DNA from: an uncultured Planctomycetota bacterium
GTDB taxonomy: Bacteria > Planctomycetota > Planctomycetia > Pirellulales > Lacipirellulaceae
Assembly (NCBI GenBank): GCA_963719315.1
Contig: CAVRBU010000002.1
Span: 416,001-480,000, forward strand
DNA length: 64,000 bases
Reading direction: 5' to 3'
The number at the start of each line of letters is the position of its first letter. The stretch's first letter is position 1. Shown here piece by piece: positions 39,629 through 49,856 of the stretch. The notes under the pieces are model-generated. The model was given only the letters and a program-made list of their open reading frames with translations. It did not search any database and had not been told where the DNA came from. The translations under genes were made by a program, and so were the position numbers.

Positions 39629-41605
39629 CTACGCCGTTTTCGCCGCAAGTTGCACCTGAGCAGCCATTCCGCGCACCACTGCAACCGCTTCGGCCATCGT
39701 CGTCACCACTCTGCTGGCCGAGTCTTCGACCGGCTCCGCGAGCGCGTCCTTGTCATTAACCGCCGTCCAAAAACCGACAACGATCGGTAAGTTGGGGTAG
39801 CGGCTGCGGAGGCGTTTCCACAGCAGCCGGCTGTCGCGCGGGGCGATCGGCGGCAAGACCGAGATCACGACGACATCGCTATCCGACGCCGCGACCCGAT
39901 CCACAACCTCGCCCGTGAGGGACTCGGCTGCCCCGACTTCGGCCTGCAAACCTTCCGCCGTGAGCAGGTGGGACAGCATGCGTGCCACCAACTCGTCGGC
40001 CTCGTCGCGGAGAGGGATGCAGAGCACGCGGGCCGGTTCCGACACCGGACCCGACACTACCTCGCCGCCGGCCGCGGCCTCTGGCTGAGCTTCGTGAGCT
40101 TGTTGCGTTTGCTGCTTGTGTCGATCCGCTTCGCCCACCTCGTCGATCAAATCCTCTGTCGCCTCCAACACGAACTCGGCCTGGTCGTCGTTGAGCAGAT
40201 CGGCGTGCCGGTCTTGCTCGGCCATCACGAGCGCGGGGATCAATACGTCATCGTAAAGTTTGGCAAGTGAAGATTCCTTCAGAAAATTGTGAGCCAGCTT
40301 GGTCGGCTCACGGTCGTCAAACGCCAGCAAGCGCTGGTAAACGCGCTCGCCCGGCGACGCGGGCGGCCGATCGGCCAACAGGGTCGTTATGAATTTCAAC
40401 TGCGGCACGTACCGGGCAGCGACCAACAGGCAAACGGTCATCGGCATCGAGAGAATCAGCCCGATCGGTCCCCAAAGCCAGGTCCAAAAAATAGCGGATA
40501 TGATTACACCAACGGTCGAAATTCCCGTCGTGCTGCCGTACACGAGGGGCTCGACGATGTTGTTGGAAATCAGCTCGATGATGATGTACAACCCTAAAAC
40601 CAGCATTGGCTGAGTCCAACCGGCGGTGGAGGCGATCGAGATCATGATGGGCAACGCGGCGGCGATCCACGGGCCGATGTACGGCAAGAATCGCAACGAG
40701 AACCCGAGCACGCCCCACATGATCGCGCCCGGCACGCCGATCGCCCACAAACCAAGCGCGACGGCCAAACCGTAGCCCGCATTCAGCAGGAACAGCGTGC
40801 GGAGATAGCGACCGACACGGGCCGAAGCGTCGTGCATCGCTTCGGCGGTGGCGTGCATGTGGGAGCGGCCAAATAACTGTACGAGTCGACTCCGCTGGTT
40901 CTCACGGTCCACGAGCAAGAACAGTACGAGGACCACGACCAGGCCAGCCATCGTGAGTGGGGGAACTAACGGGCCGAGCCAATCTTGAATTTGCGTGAAC
41001 GGCGACGGAGGCAGCTCGACGACCCGTACTGACACGGCCTGGTCATTCTTCTTGCGTCGTTCCGCATTTTTCGATTCGTCCGAATTTGCAGTGCTCTCGT
41101 GTGAGCCTGGCGGTGTTGAGTGTGATTCGACGGAGACCTGGGAATTCGCCGAAGGCTCGTGGCCCTTTTTCGCAGTATCGGTTCCCTCGTCAGATTTCGA
41201 CTTCGTTTCGGAGTCGGTTGCCGCCCCCTGCGTAATCTCATTGCGCAGATCGGTGAGCGTATCGGAAACTTTGGTCATCGTCGGCGAATTGGGCCGCAGC
41301 GATTTGATTTTCGTGAGGAGCTCTTTCTTATGTTCTGGTAGCTCGACGCTCAGTTGGACGAGCTGATTGGTTACAACCCAACCCAGCGAACCGAGGAACA
41401 CGAACGAAATGGCCACCACGGTCAGCACGGCCGGAATCCGCGGAATTCGCCACCGCTCCAGACGGTCGGCCAGCGGCGTGAGCAGAAAGCTGAGCAGAAT
41501 GGCTAGCGCCAGCGGCAACAGAATCGCCTTCGCCACGTACAGCGCGGTGATGGCCGTGATCACGGCCACCAGGATGAACAGCGGCGAGCTGCGATCTTTC
41601 GTCAT
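39629..41605 (-). CDS. AI-2E family transporter with C-terminal B12-binding-like domain
   Basis: LLPLALAILLSFLLTP, LRFLPYIG, NNIVEP..YG, FWTWLWGPIGL. Confidence 0.9.
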   Translation of the reverse strand: MTKDRSSPLFILVAVITAITALYVAKAILLPLALAILLSFLLTPLADRLERWRIPRIPAVLTVVAISFVFLGSLGWVVTNQLVQLSVELPEHKKELLTKIKSLRPNSPTMTKVSDTLTDLRNEITQGAATDSETKSKSDEGTDTAKKGHEPSANSQVSVESHSTPPGSHESTANSDESKNAERRKKNDQAVSVRVVELPPSPFTQIQDWLGPLVPPLTMAGLVVVLVLFLLVDRENQRSRLVQLFGRSHMHATAEAMHDASARVGRYLRTLFLLNAGYGLAVALGLWAIGVPGAIMWGVLGFSLRFLPYIGPWIAAALPIMISIASTAGWTQPMLVLGLYIIIELISNNIVEPLVYGSTTGISTVGVIISAIFWTWLWGPIGLILSMPMTVCLLVAARYVPQLKFITTLLADRPPASPGERVYQRLLAFDDREPTKLAHNFLKESSLAKLYDDVLIPALVMAEQDRHADLLNDDQAEFVLEATEDLIDEVGEADRHKQQTQQAHEAQPEAAAGGEVVSGPVSEPARVLCIPLRDEADELVARMLSHLLTAEGLQAEVGAAESLTGEVVDRVAASDSDVVVISVLPPIAPRDSRLLWKRLRSRYPNLPIVVGFWTAVNDKDALAEPVEDSASRVVTTMAEAVAVVRGMAAQVQLAAKTA

Positions 41606-41640
41606 GGACTCGTCTTTCAGTTCAGCCGTGCAAAACGTTT

Positions 41641-42528
41641 TTATAGCTCGATTTTGCCCATTACGAAATCGGGGAACTCGCTCGCGCCAACCGCCGTGCA
41701 ACCGTTGCGCCGGGCGAAATCTTGGGCCGCGCCGGTAAAGCGGCAGTTGATGATGACCGCGCACGCCTCGCAGTGGTTGCGGTCCTTGGCGGCGAGCGCT
41801 TGCTGGATTGTAACGCTCGAAACAACGTGGTCGAGGCCCTGTGTGAGAATGGACACACGGCGAGGGCCGAAATCGACGATGAGATTCGTCTCGTCACCCG
41901 CAACGACCCCGGTGCGCTCGGCCTTGGCACCGAGCGTGCGGCAAACCTCCACGACAAAATCTTCCCATTCCGAACCGCGCATTTTTTTCCAGTCGCGTTG
42001 CAATAGCGCAGCCTTCTGCAGCTTGCCCGAGGCGATCTGGTCGCGGCGTTCATCGACCAGCTTTTGCAGTTTGGTTTTCGTTTCGGCGAGCCGCTCGATT
42101 TTTTCTTTGAGCCGGGCATTGGCGAGACGGGCCTGCGACTCGGCTTCGCCAATCGCGGCTGGCAGCAGCGTGTCTGGCGGATGATAGACGAACGACGCCA
42201 ACAATCCGACGCCGGCCACCGTGCCGAGCAGGAAACCGAAGAACGCGAAAGGATACGAATTCGTCAGCAAATGCACAACGATTAGAACCAAGATGCCGAC
42301 GACCGTCGGGCCAACCATCATCACGGCCATTGGCCAGAGGTTGAATTGGGCCGTGGGTTGGCGAATCGCACGGGCCATTCGCAAATAGCGGAGCCGCCGC
42401 GCCGATTTGCGTACGTCTCGGGCGACGGCTGCACGCTCCGTTTCGAGTCGCGCAACTTCGCTCTCAGTTTGCTCGATTTCGCGAGTGAGTTGCGTGAGCG
42501 GGCGGTGAGATTGAAACATGGCGGACAT
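41641..42528 (-). CDS. Membrane-anchored coiled-coil protein with Mrr-like restriction endonuclease domain
   Basis: Two TM helices; WEDFV..LG...T, VIINCRFTGAAQDFA. Confidence 0.7.
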   Translation of the reverse strand: MSAMFQSHRPLTQLTREIEQTESEVARLETERAAVARDVRKSARRLRYLRMARAIRQPTAQFNLWPMAVMMVGPTVVGILVLIVVHLLTNSYPFAFFGFLLGTVAGVGLLASFVYHPPDTLLPAAIGEAESQARLANARLKEKIERLAETKTKLQKLVDERRDQIASGKLQKAALLQRDWKKMRGSEWEDFVVEVCRTLGAKAERTGVVAGDETNLIVDFGPRRVSILTQGLDHVVSSVTIQQALAAKDRNHCEACAVIINCRFTGAAQDFARRNGCTAVGASEFPDFVMGKIEL

Positions 42529-42653
42529 AGCATAGGATCGCGCAAACTCACACCATTAAAATTGAAGCCCGCAGCGCGGGCAAGGGAGAAGTGGAGAGCG
42601 CTGCCGCCCCTTGCTCGCGCTGCGGGCTTCGATCCATTCAAGGCACTTGTGAT

Positions 42654-43067
42654 TTACTTCTTGCCGCTCTCCCCCTTCGGCTTGAAATCGAGCGACGCGC
42701 TGTTTACGCAGTACCGCAGGCCGGTGGGGCCGGGGCCGTCAGGGAAGACGTGGCCGAGGTGGGCGCCGCATTTGTGGCAGATGATCTCGTCGCGAACCAT
42801 GCCAAAGTTCGAATCGACTTGGGTGTCCACGACTTTTTCATCGGCAGCCGCCGAAAAGCTGGGCCAGCCGCAGCCGCTGTCAAATTTTGCGTCCGAGGTA
42901 AACAATTCGGCCCCGCACACCACGCACCGATACACGCCCGACTCGTGATGGTTCCAGTATTTGCCCGTGAAAGGCGCTTCGGTGCCCTTTTGTTGGGTTA
43001 CGTAGAATTGTTCGGGGGTGAGCTTCGAGCGTAGGTCGTCGTTCAGTTTTTCGGTTTTGTTGGGCAT
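42654..43067 (-). CDS. msrB: Peptide-methionine (R)-S-oxide reductase
   Basis: GTEAPFTG, YRCVVC, KFDSGCGWPSF, CGAHLGHVFPDGP.PTGLRYCVNS. Confidence 0.97.
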   Translation of the reverse strand: MPNKTEKLNDDLRSKLTPEQFYVTQQKGTEAPFTGKYWNHHESGVYRCVVCGAELFTSDAKFDSGCGWPSFSAAADEKVVDTQVDSNFGMVRDEIICHKCGAHLGHVFPDGPGPTGLRYCVNSASLDFKPKGESGKK

Positions 43068-43258
43068 GGTCAGTTTGTTGGGCATTGCCAACAGGTAGAT
43101 TAACAGGCAAAGTGGAATCGACAGGAATAATACCTTTCTTACCACCAGAGGTACCAAAGGCACGAAAGAAGATTCTGAAAGATGTAATTTCATTACGTAT
43201 TTCTTCGTGAACTTTGCGTTCTTCGTGGTTCTTTGCATTGTAGTAATTTAACATTGCG

Positions 43259-44445
43259 ATGTCGAAGGAAGATGCCCAATTCGTGTTCATGACTTGCCGA
43301 GCCGGGGCTGAGGCCGCGCTTAAGCAGGAGGTGGCACACGCGCGTCCGGCATGGCATCCGGCGTTCTCGCGGCCTGGTTTTTTGACTTTCAAAGTGGCCG
43401 GGGAATCGCCGCTGGACGACAAGGAACTTGCGGCACGCCATTGGACATTCGCGCACTCCCACGGCATTTCGCTAGGCCGGCTCGCGGGTTCACAGCTCGC
43501 CCCCCTCGTGCGGCAATTCTGGCTCACTGACGGCGTAGTCGCTTCAGCTACTTTGAAAGCCGTCGCCGACATCCACGTCTGGCAGCGCGAACCGGCAAAG
43601 GGGGACTCCGGCGAAGATATGTTTGTCACGCCGCTGTGCCTGGAAATCGAAGCGGCCCTACGTGCGGCAGCGCCCGACTCGGCCAATCTCGAGCACGCGA
43701 CGACTATACCTCGCCGGGCGGCACCGAGAAATTGCCTGGTGCTCGATGTGGTCCTCATCGAGCCGGGCGAGTGGTGGATTGGCTATCATCGCGCGATCCG
43801 CCGCACGCAGCGCTGGCCGGCCGGAGCGATTCCGGTACGGCTGCCTGCGCATGCCGTGTCGCGGGCGTACGCCAAATTGGAAGAGGCCCTGCAGTGGAGC
43901 GACTTGCCGCTGGCGGCGGAAGACGAATGCGTAGAAATCGGCTGCGCGCTGGCGGCGCGAGCCAGGCGCTCTTGGATCGCGGGCTGTTCGTCACGGGCAT
44001 CGATCCGGCGGACGTCGATCTGGCCGTGCTGGAGCACCCGAGATTTCGACATTTGAAAAAACGCGGCACGGAAGTTCGCCGGCAGGAGTTTGCCGGCGTT
44101 CGTTGGCTCGCGGCCGATATGAACATCGCACCCGACGATACGCTCTCCGAGGTCGAAGCGATTGTCACCAATCCACAGGTTTCGATTCGTGGACTGGTAC
44201 TAACGCTGAAGATGTCTGAGTGGGGTCTCGCCAGCCGCCTGCCTGAGTTCGTGGAGCGCGTGCGCGGCTGGGGTTATCGCGACATTCGCACGCGGCAACT
44301 TGTAACGGGCGGACAAGAAATATGTCTCGTCGCGTTGCGGCGCAAAGCGCTGCGGCGGCTGGGGCGGAAGCAGCGTGGTGCGGGTCGGCTAAACCGCAAG
44401 CGGCACGATCAGCCGCATACCGCGCCTTCTGAGCCGCATTTCTGA
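43259..44445 (+). CDS. RlmM-like SAM-dependent RNA methyltransferase (frameshift near 43948)
   Basis: SRAYAKLEEA, EIGCA/(P)GGASQALL, VTGIDPA, ADMN, LTLK. Confidence 0.8.
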
Positions 44446-44558
44446 TCTTCGGCTCGCTCGGTTCCTTCGCTAGAATTCCGGCCTTTGCTGTAGCCCCGTT
44501 TCTCCGAAACGGGGACCGCGACTATCGGAGAAATTCGGCTACGTGATTGAGAACCTAA

Positions 44559-45362
44559 ATGCGCGAGTTGCGTCGTTTCATTCTGATACTTTTCACGCTA
44601 TTGGCGGGGTGTCGTGCCGTGCCGCCGAGGATAGCGCTGCCCGAAGCCCATGAACTGTCCGTCGGCCAATTGGTCTTCCATAGCGACTTTGAGTTGCCGC
44701 GCGATCATCGCCTGGTGCGCGACCTAGTCGAAGAGCGCGACTACATCTGCACTACGCTCGGCATGCCATCGACGAACGAGCCGATCGAAGTTTACTTGTT
44801 CCGTGACGCCGACCGCTATCGTGAATACCTGATGCGGAATTTTCCGAGTGTGCCGTCGCGGCGAGCATTCTTTCTGGAAACCGATACGCGGCTCGCGGTG
44901 TACGCTCATTGGAGCGACCGCGTAGGCGAGGACTTGCGGCACGAAGTTGCCCACGGATATTTGCATGCCGTTATGCCCGGTCTGCCTCTGTGGGTGGACG
45001 AGGGGTTGGCGGAGTATTTCGAAGTTCCGCGCGGCCTTGACGGTCTAAACCAACCGCACGTGGCCTTACTGTCGGACATGGTGGAGCAAAACGGGTGGAA
45101 GCCGAACTTGAAGCGGCTCGAAACTCTCACCGACGCGGCGCAAATGGACCAGCGCGACTACGCGGAAGCTTGGTCGTGGGTCTATTTCATGCTCCACTCG
45201 CCGCCGGAGCGACGCCAGATCCTCACGGGCTATCTCGCCGATTTACGGGCCAAGGGTTCGGGCCAGCCGCTATCCGTGCGGTTGGCGGCGCTGCAAGCGG
45301 AACCGGAAAAGCCACTCACGGCTTATATCGCAACATTGAAGAAGGAATCGACCACGAAGTGA
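44559..45362 (+). CDS. DUF1570-type lipoprotein (gluzincin-like)
   Basis: LLAGC lipobox; RHEVAHG, LPLWVDEGLAEYFE, YAEAWSWVYF. Confidence 0.8.
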   Translation: MRELRRFILILFTLLAGCRAVPPRIALPEAHELSVGQLVFHSDFELPRDHRLVRDLVEERDYICTTLGMPSTNEPIEVYLFRDADRYREYLMRNFPSVPSRRAFFLETDTRLAVYAHWSDRVGEDLRHEVAHGYLHAVMPGLPLWVDEGLAEYFEVPRGLDGLNQPHVALLSDMVEQNGWKPNLKRLETLTDAAQMDQRDYAEAWSWVYFMLHSPPERRQILTGYLADLRAKGSGQPLSVRLAALQAEPEKPLTAYIATLKKESTTK

Positions 45363-45367
45363 AATCC

Positions 45368-45433
45368 GTAGCTGAAATCACAAGACTTCAGATGCGTCAC
45401 TGGATACTTCGGGAATCATGCGAATTCCGCTAC
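45368..45433. repeat. GTAG-family REP inverted pair
   Basis: GTAGCTGAAATCACAAGACTTCAG ... GGAATCATGCGAATTCCGCTAC. Confidence 0.75.
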
Positions 45434-45525
45434 GGAGGAGACGACGCGTTTTGTGGCGCCCGCATGCTCACCCGCCGCGGCGGGTGAACATGCCACCCAA
45501 CAATCGAAGTCTGGCAGGGCTCGCG

Positions 45526-46479
45526 CTACGCGTCCTTGCGATACACGATGCCTTCGTCCACTTTCTTGAAGCCGAGCTTTTCGTAGAGCTTTAGCGCTGG
45601 CGTATTGTCTTGCATCGTCTGTGCTTCGACGAGCAGAATCCCGCGCGTGCGAAGTCGCTCGAATGCCTCGCCCAACAGAAACGTCGCTAATCCCTTACGG
45701 CGCTGTTCGGCGGGGACATCGAGATCGAACATCCCGGCGGCGGGAGCGCCCCAAGCGGTCGAGAGCGGCTCAACGTCCCAGAACCACACGTCGGCGAGCG
45801 CGTCGGCCGAACCGGGCCGTTTGAGCGAAAAGCGAATGCGCTCAAACGCACCGGTCGTGCAAGCCTCCCACCACGTTCGCGTTGGCGGCGTTTGAGTCTC
45901 CTGGCAAATTATCTCGCGACGAAGCTGCCGCAAGTTGCGGGCAATCGGCGGCCTAAATCTAGCCAACTCGAGCAGCATCACGACCACCCGATCTATCTCG
46001 CGATAACCGCGCTCGCGACACGCTTCGTTGAACATCTGGTCGCCGACCAAAATGCCCGGCAGTTCGCTGCCGCCGTACAGCCCCAGATAAAACGCATTGA
46101 GCGGCCGGATGCCGCCGGCGTAAATTACTTTAGCGCCCCGCTCGCGGAGGTAGGTTTCGGCTTGTCCTAGCAACTCGCCGGCGAGCTGTGCACTACGATG
46201 GTCGCTGCGCAGCACCAATTGATACGTCGTGCCAACATCGGTCGCGATGCCGCTATAGTCGTCGTTTGGGCCGAAACCAGCATGCGCGAAACCAACCGGC
46301 ACGTTGTCGTCGAGGGCGACGATCAATCCGGCCGGATCGAAGTAAGGCTTTGAGTAGACGAACTGTTCTAAAATCCCAGCCGTCACGGGTTGTGCGACGC
46401 CGCGCTGCGCCGGCTGGTCGCGCCAGATTTCCGCCAGTCGTGGCGGGTCGGTGTTGCGAAACGGTCGAAAGTGGTACAC
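45526..46479 (-). CDS. Tandem GNAT-family acetyltransferase
   Basis: QRRKGLATFLL, NTPALKLYEKLGF. Confidence 0.85.
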   Translation of the reverse strand: MYHFRPFRNTDPPRLAEIWRDQPAQRGVAQPVTAGILEQFVYSKPYFDPAGLIVALDDNVPVGFAHAGFGPNDDYSGIATDVGTTYQLVLRSDHRSAQLAGELLGQAETYLRERGAKVIYAGGIRPLNAFYLGLYGGSELPGILVGDQMFNEACRERGYREIDRVVVMLLELARFRPPIARNLRQLRREIICQETQTPPTRTWWEACTTGAFERIRFSLKRPGSADALADVWFWDVEPLSTAWGAPAAGMFDLDVPAEQRRKGLATFLLGEAFERLRTRGILLVEAQTMQDNTPALKLYEKLGFKKVDEGIVYRKDA

Positions 46480-46637
46480 GGCGGGAAGCGGAGCGGAACT
46501 CGTTGGCCAACGATCAATAGATGGGCTATCGTAAGCCGGAGTTAGACAAGGAGACAAGGAGAGGGGGAGTCAAGTAGATTGGTCATCCAACGATTTCTCT
46601 TTGAGTTTTCGGTATTCCCCAGCTCGTGGTTCTAACT

Positions 46638-47573
46638 TTAGGCCACTTCGCGATGCTTCGCGAGATCGCGTTTCTTGCGGACGCCCGGTTCGCCCTTCCA
46701 GCGGCGGTGAAGCCACCAGTACTGGCCCGGAGATTCGCGGACGAGTTGCTCCAAGTGGTCGGTGTACCATTGCGCCAACAATGGGACCGTGCCGTTTTCG
46801 AAGTCCGGATCACGCGGATCGCAAATCGCGGCGGGGCCGACTTCGTAATGGAGCGGCTTACCTACCCGCCGGGCGTAGCTGACCATCGTCGGCGCTCCGT
46901 TGCCCAGCGAGAACACGGAGACGGCCTTGTGCGTCGACGCGGGCTTGCCGAAGAAATTCACCCAACATTGCCGTTGGCCTGCCGCCTGGTCGCCCAACAG
47001 CGTGAGGATGCCGCCCCGCTCCAGCACGTTTTGAATGTCGGCCCCACTTCCCTTTTTGGGAAGGATGTACTGGCCCGTGCGTCCGCGGAATTCATTGATG
47101 AACTGATCGAGGTACGGATTATCGAGCGCCCGGGCAACCGTATAGGTCGGGAACCCGAATAGGCCCATGAGATATCCACCAAGTTCGAAGTTGCCGAAGT
47201 GGCCTGAAATGAGCACCAGCGGCCGGCCACTGAGCAGCGTCCGCACGAACTCCTCCTGGTTGACGATGCGCGAGTGTTCCTTCCAATTGGTTTCATGCAC
47301 CTTGCGCGGCGTTTGCGCAATCTCGGCAATCATGAGAATCAGATGCCGCCACATTTGCCAGGTGATGGTGTCGCGTTCCGCGGCAGTCATGCTGGGAAAC
47401 GCAATGCGGAGATTCTTGTCGACAACGTGCCCGCGCACGCGAAACACGTGGCCCATAAGCGTCGCCAAAACTTCCGCGACCTTCTCGCACACCGACAGCG
47501 GAAGCGCTTGAATAAGCGCGATCATCACGCGAACCACTAAATACACGCCAAAATCGCTTGCTGTGCGCCACAT
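46638..47573 (-). CDS. LpxL/HtrB-family lipid acyltransferase
   Basis: NLRIAFP, SGHFGNFE, LGDQ, FFGKPA, PGQYWWLHRRWK. Confidence 0.9.
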   Translation of the reverse strand: MWRTASDFGVYLVVRVMIALIQALPLSVCEKVAEVLATLMGHVFRVRGHVVDKNLRIAFPSMTAAERDTITWQMWRHLILMIAEIAQTPRKVHETNWKEHSRIVNQEEFVRTLLSGRPLVLISGHFGNFELGGYLMGLFGFPTYTVARALDNPYLDQFINEFRGRTGQYILPKKGSGADIQNVLERGGILTLLGDQAAGQRQCWVNFFGKPASTHKAVSVFSLGNGAPTMVSYARRVGKPLHYEVGPAAICDPRDPDFENGTVPLLAQWYTDHLEQLVRESPGQYWWLHRRWKGEPGVRKKRDLAKHREVA

Positions 47574-47629
47574 AGCGGCGATTGTCGCACAGAAGCGGCG
47601 TTCGTCGGAAGGCCGACTCGAAGGTGCTA

Positions 47630-49054
47630 TCATTCGACCTTCCGATCCGCCCGCACGGAGAACCACAGGGCGCCGCCGATTGCCAGCGGCACGACACCCA
47701 GTAGCGCGAGCCACCGCGCGTACGCCAAACTTGCCCACAGCATGTAAGCGCACGATCCGCAGAACGCCAACACGGGCAGCGGATAGAGTGGCACCGCGAA
47801 CGGGCGTGGAGTGGATTGGTTCTTGGCCCGAAGAACGAAAACCGCTATGCCCGTGAGTAGACTCAATCCCCAAAACACAGGCGCCGTGCCCGCGACGAGA
47901 GTTTCGAATCCGCCGAAATACTTCTTCCATGGCAAACCGTCGACCCGGATGAATTGCAGAGAGGAATCAAACGCATTTCGCCCCGACTCTGTGCCCACGA
48001 GAAAAACGAGGATCGCGGCGATTGCCGCTTGCAGCACGATTGCGGCAACAGGCGCCGCCGTGCGGCGATTCCACGAGCCAATCCACGAAAGTGCCGGGTA
48101 GTCAGCGCCCCACACGGCGTAAATGCGCGTGCCGGTGAGGATCATGCCGTTGATCGCACCTAGCGCGGAGAGCATCACGAGCAGGCTAATGGCGCGGCCA
48201 CCCAGCGACCCGAGGGCTTGTTCGAGTACGTCGGCGGCGGGTGTCGCGGTGTGACGCGCGACTTCGAAACCGAGTGCGTTCAAGTACGCACCGTTCACCA
48301 AGAGGTAAATAATCGTGATTCCGGCGATGCCTAACATGAGTGAGCGCGGTAGATTGCGCTGCTCATCGCGGACCTCGGCGGCTACATAGGCGGCGTGACT
48401 CCAACCGCCATAGGCATAGAGCACGAAGACAAGCGCGAGGCCGAGGTCTGCGTTGCCACCGCTGCCACTACGATTGCCGATTGCAATTGCTGCTTGTGGT
48501 TGAGCACCTCCCACCGAGAGCATTCCCACCAACACTACCCCTCCCAAGCCAATGACCTTGGCCGCGGTCAGCAAGTTTTGCGTCAACTTGCCGGCCACGA
48601 TGCCGGCGGCATTGAGTGCCGACAAGGCGACGATTGGTCCGATGGTGAGCCACAGCGCATGTTCGCTCCAACTCGGCCATAGCCGCACGGCGTAGTCCGC
48701 AAACGCATACGCCATGATCGCGATGTTGCCACTGATCACGGTCGTGATCTGTGCCCAAGCGAACAAGAAACCACACCAGGGGCCAAACGCGCGATTGAGG
48801 TACTCGTAGTCGCCGCCATCGCGCGGATAGGTCGTAGCCAGTTCGGCGTAGCACATCGCGCCGCACCAGGCAAGCGCGCCACCGACGAGCCACAATCCCA
48901 TCGCCGACCAAGGCCCGTGGGCATTGTCGAAGATTGTCGCGGTCGTGCGAAAAATCGATGTACCGACCACGATGCCGACGATGATGCTCACGGCATCCCA
49001 CAATCCAAGTCGGGGCGGAATTCGCGCTTCCACATGATGCTGCCTGGTGCTCAT
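47630..49054 (-). CDS. APC-family amino acid permease
   Basis: IVGIVVGTSIF, YAELATTYP.DGGDY, YAYGGW..AAYVAAEV. Confidence 0.92.
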   Translation of the reverse strand: MSTRQHHVEARIPPRLGLWDAVSIIVGIVVGTSIFRTTATIFDNAHGPWSAMGLWLVGGALAWCGAMCYAELATTYPRDGGDYEYLNRAFGPWCGFLFAWAQITTVISGNIAIMAYAFADYAVRLWPSWSEHALWLTIGPIVALSALNAAGIVAGKLTQNLLTAAKVIGLGGVVLVGMLSVGGAQPQAAIAIGNRSGSGGNADLGLALVFVLYAYGGWSHAAYVAAEVRDEQRNLPRSLMLGIAGITIIYLLVNGAYLNALGFEVARHTATPAADVLEQALGSLGGRAISLLVMLSALGAINGMILTGTRIYAVWGADYPALSWIGSWNRRTAAPVAAIVLQAAIAAILVFLVGTESGRNAFDSSLQFIRVDGLPWKKYFGGFETLVAGTAPVFWGLSLLTGIAVFVLRAKNQSTPRPFAVPLYPLPVLAFCGSCAYMLWASLAYARWLALLGVVPLAIGGALWFSVRADRKVE

Positions 49055-49145
49055 GGGACTCAAAGACGCTGAATTCTCACGAGAACTCTGTAAATTGTGC
49101 ACATTTTAGCTGCGCTTTTATGGGTTTTTAGCCATGTTTTTGGTA

Positions 49146-49174
49146 TAGACATTTGGCAAAACAGGTTCAATAAT
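49146..49174 (+). promoter_or_regulatory. Predicted sigma70 promoter of RRM gene 1
   Basis: TAGACA-N17-AATAAT, 6 nt before the conserved leader start GGTTGG. Confidence 0.6.
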
Positions 49175-49180
49175 AGGACG

Positions 49181-49341
49181 GGTTGGTTCAGCGAACGTGT
49201 CTCTGTTAGCCGTGCATTTAGTCGGCTGCCTCTGCCTCTTTCAGCCGCACCTCCTGGCGGGCCGCCAATCTAGGCCCCTTTCTTTACAGCCTTGGAAAGT
49301 GAAACAGGGCTGTGACTTTTTCCAATTGCAGGAGATGCATC
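49181..49341 (+). ncRNA. Putative structured cis-regulatory 5' leader, copy 1
   Basis: Homologous to 50200-50366; conserved hairpins with compensatory/wobble changes and an anti-SD segment. Confidence 0.65.
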
Positions 49342-49674
49342 GTGGGAAAGAAGCTGTATTGTGGCAATCTGAGCTATAACGTGGCGAGCTCGGACCTGGA
49401 CCAAATGTTTTCCGAATTCGGCACCGTGAAAAGCGCCGAAGTGATCATGGACCGCGACACCGGCCGGAGCAAGGGTTTCGGCTTCGTCGAAATGAACAAC
49501 GACCAGGAAGCCCAGGCTGCGATTGCCGGTATCAACGGTAAAGAGCACGACGGTCGAACGCTCACCGTCAACGAAGCTCGCCCCCGTGAAGAGCGTGGCG
49601 GCGGCGGTGGTGGCCGTGGCGGCGGCGGTCGTGGTGGTTACAGCGGCGGTGGTGGCGGCGGACGCCGCTACTAA
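49342..49674 (+). CDS. RRM (RNP-1) RNA-binding protein with Gly-rich tail, copy 1
   Basis: KLYCGNL (RNP2), RSKGFGFVEM (RNP1), VNEARPRE, GGRGG tail; GTG start after CAGGAG. Confidence 0.95.
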   Translation: MGKKLYCGNLSYNVASSDLDQMFSEFGTVKSAEVIMDRDTGRSKGFGFVEMNNDQEAQAAIAGINGKEHDGRTLTVNEARPREERGGGGGGRGGGGRGGYSGGGGGGRRY

Positions 49675-49748
49675 GCGGACAAGCTACTCCCTGAAGCGGT
49701 GACTCAATATAGTCGCCGCTGATGGCCTTGGGCCGGACGATTATTCAT

Positions 49749-49787
49749 GCACTGCCGTGCATGTACACGGCAGTGCGTGTTTTTTTG
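49749..49787 (+). terminator. Intrinsic terminator-like hairpin
   Basis: GCACTGCCGTG-catgta-CACGGCAGTGC followed by gtgTTTTTTT. Confidence 0.6.
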
Positions 49788-49856
49788 CGCCGAACGGAAT
49801 TAGAGTTCTGCGGCTGCTGGCCGATCATCGGTGCCCCAACAACAGCGGAGGATGAA

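Noticed and set aside
43056..43085. Duplicated ATGCCCAACAAA at the msrB start
   Set aside because: A short local duplication giving two alternative starts six codons apart; no evident significance.
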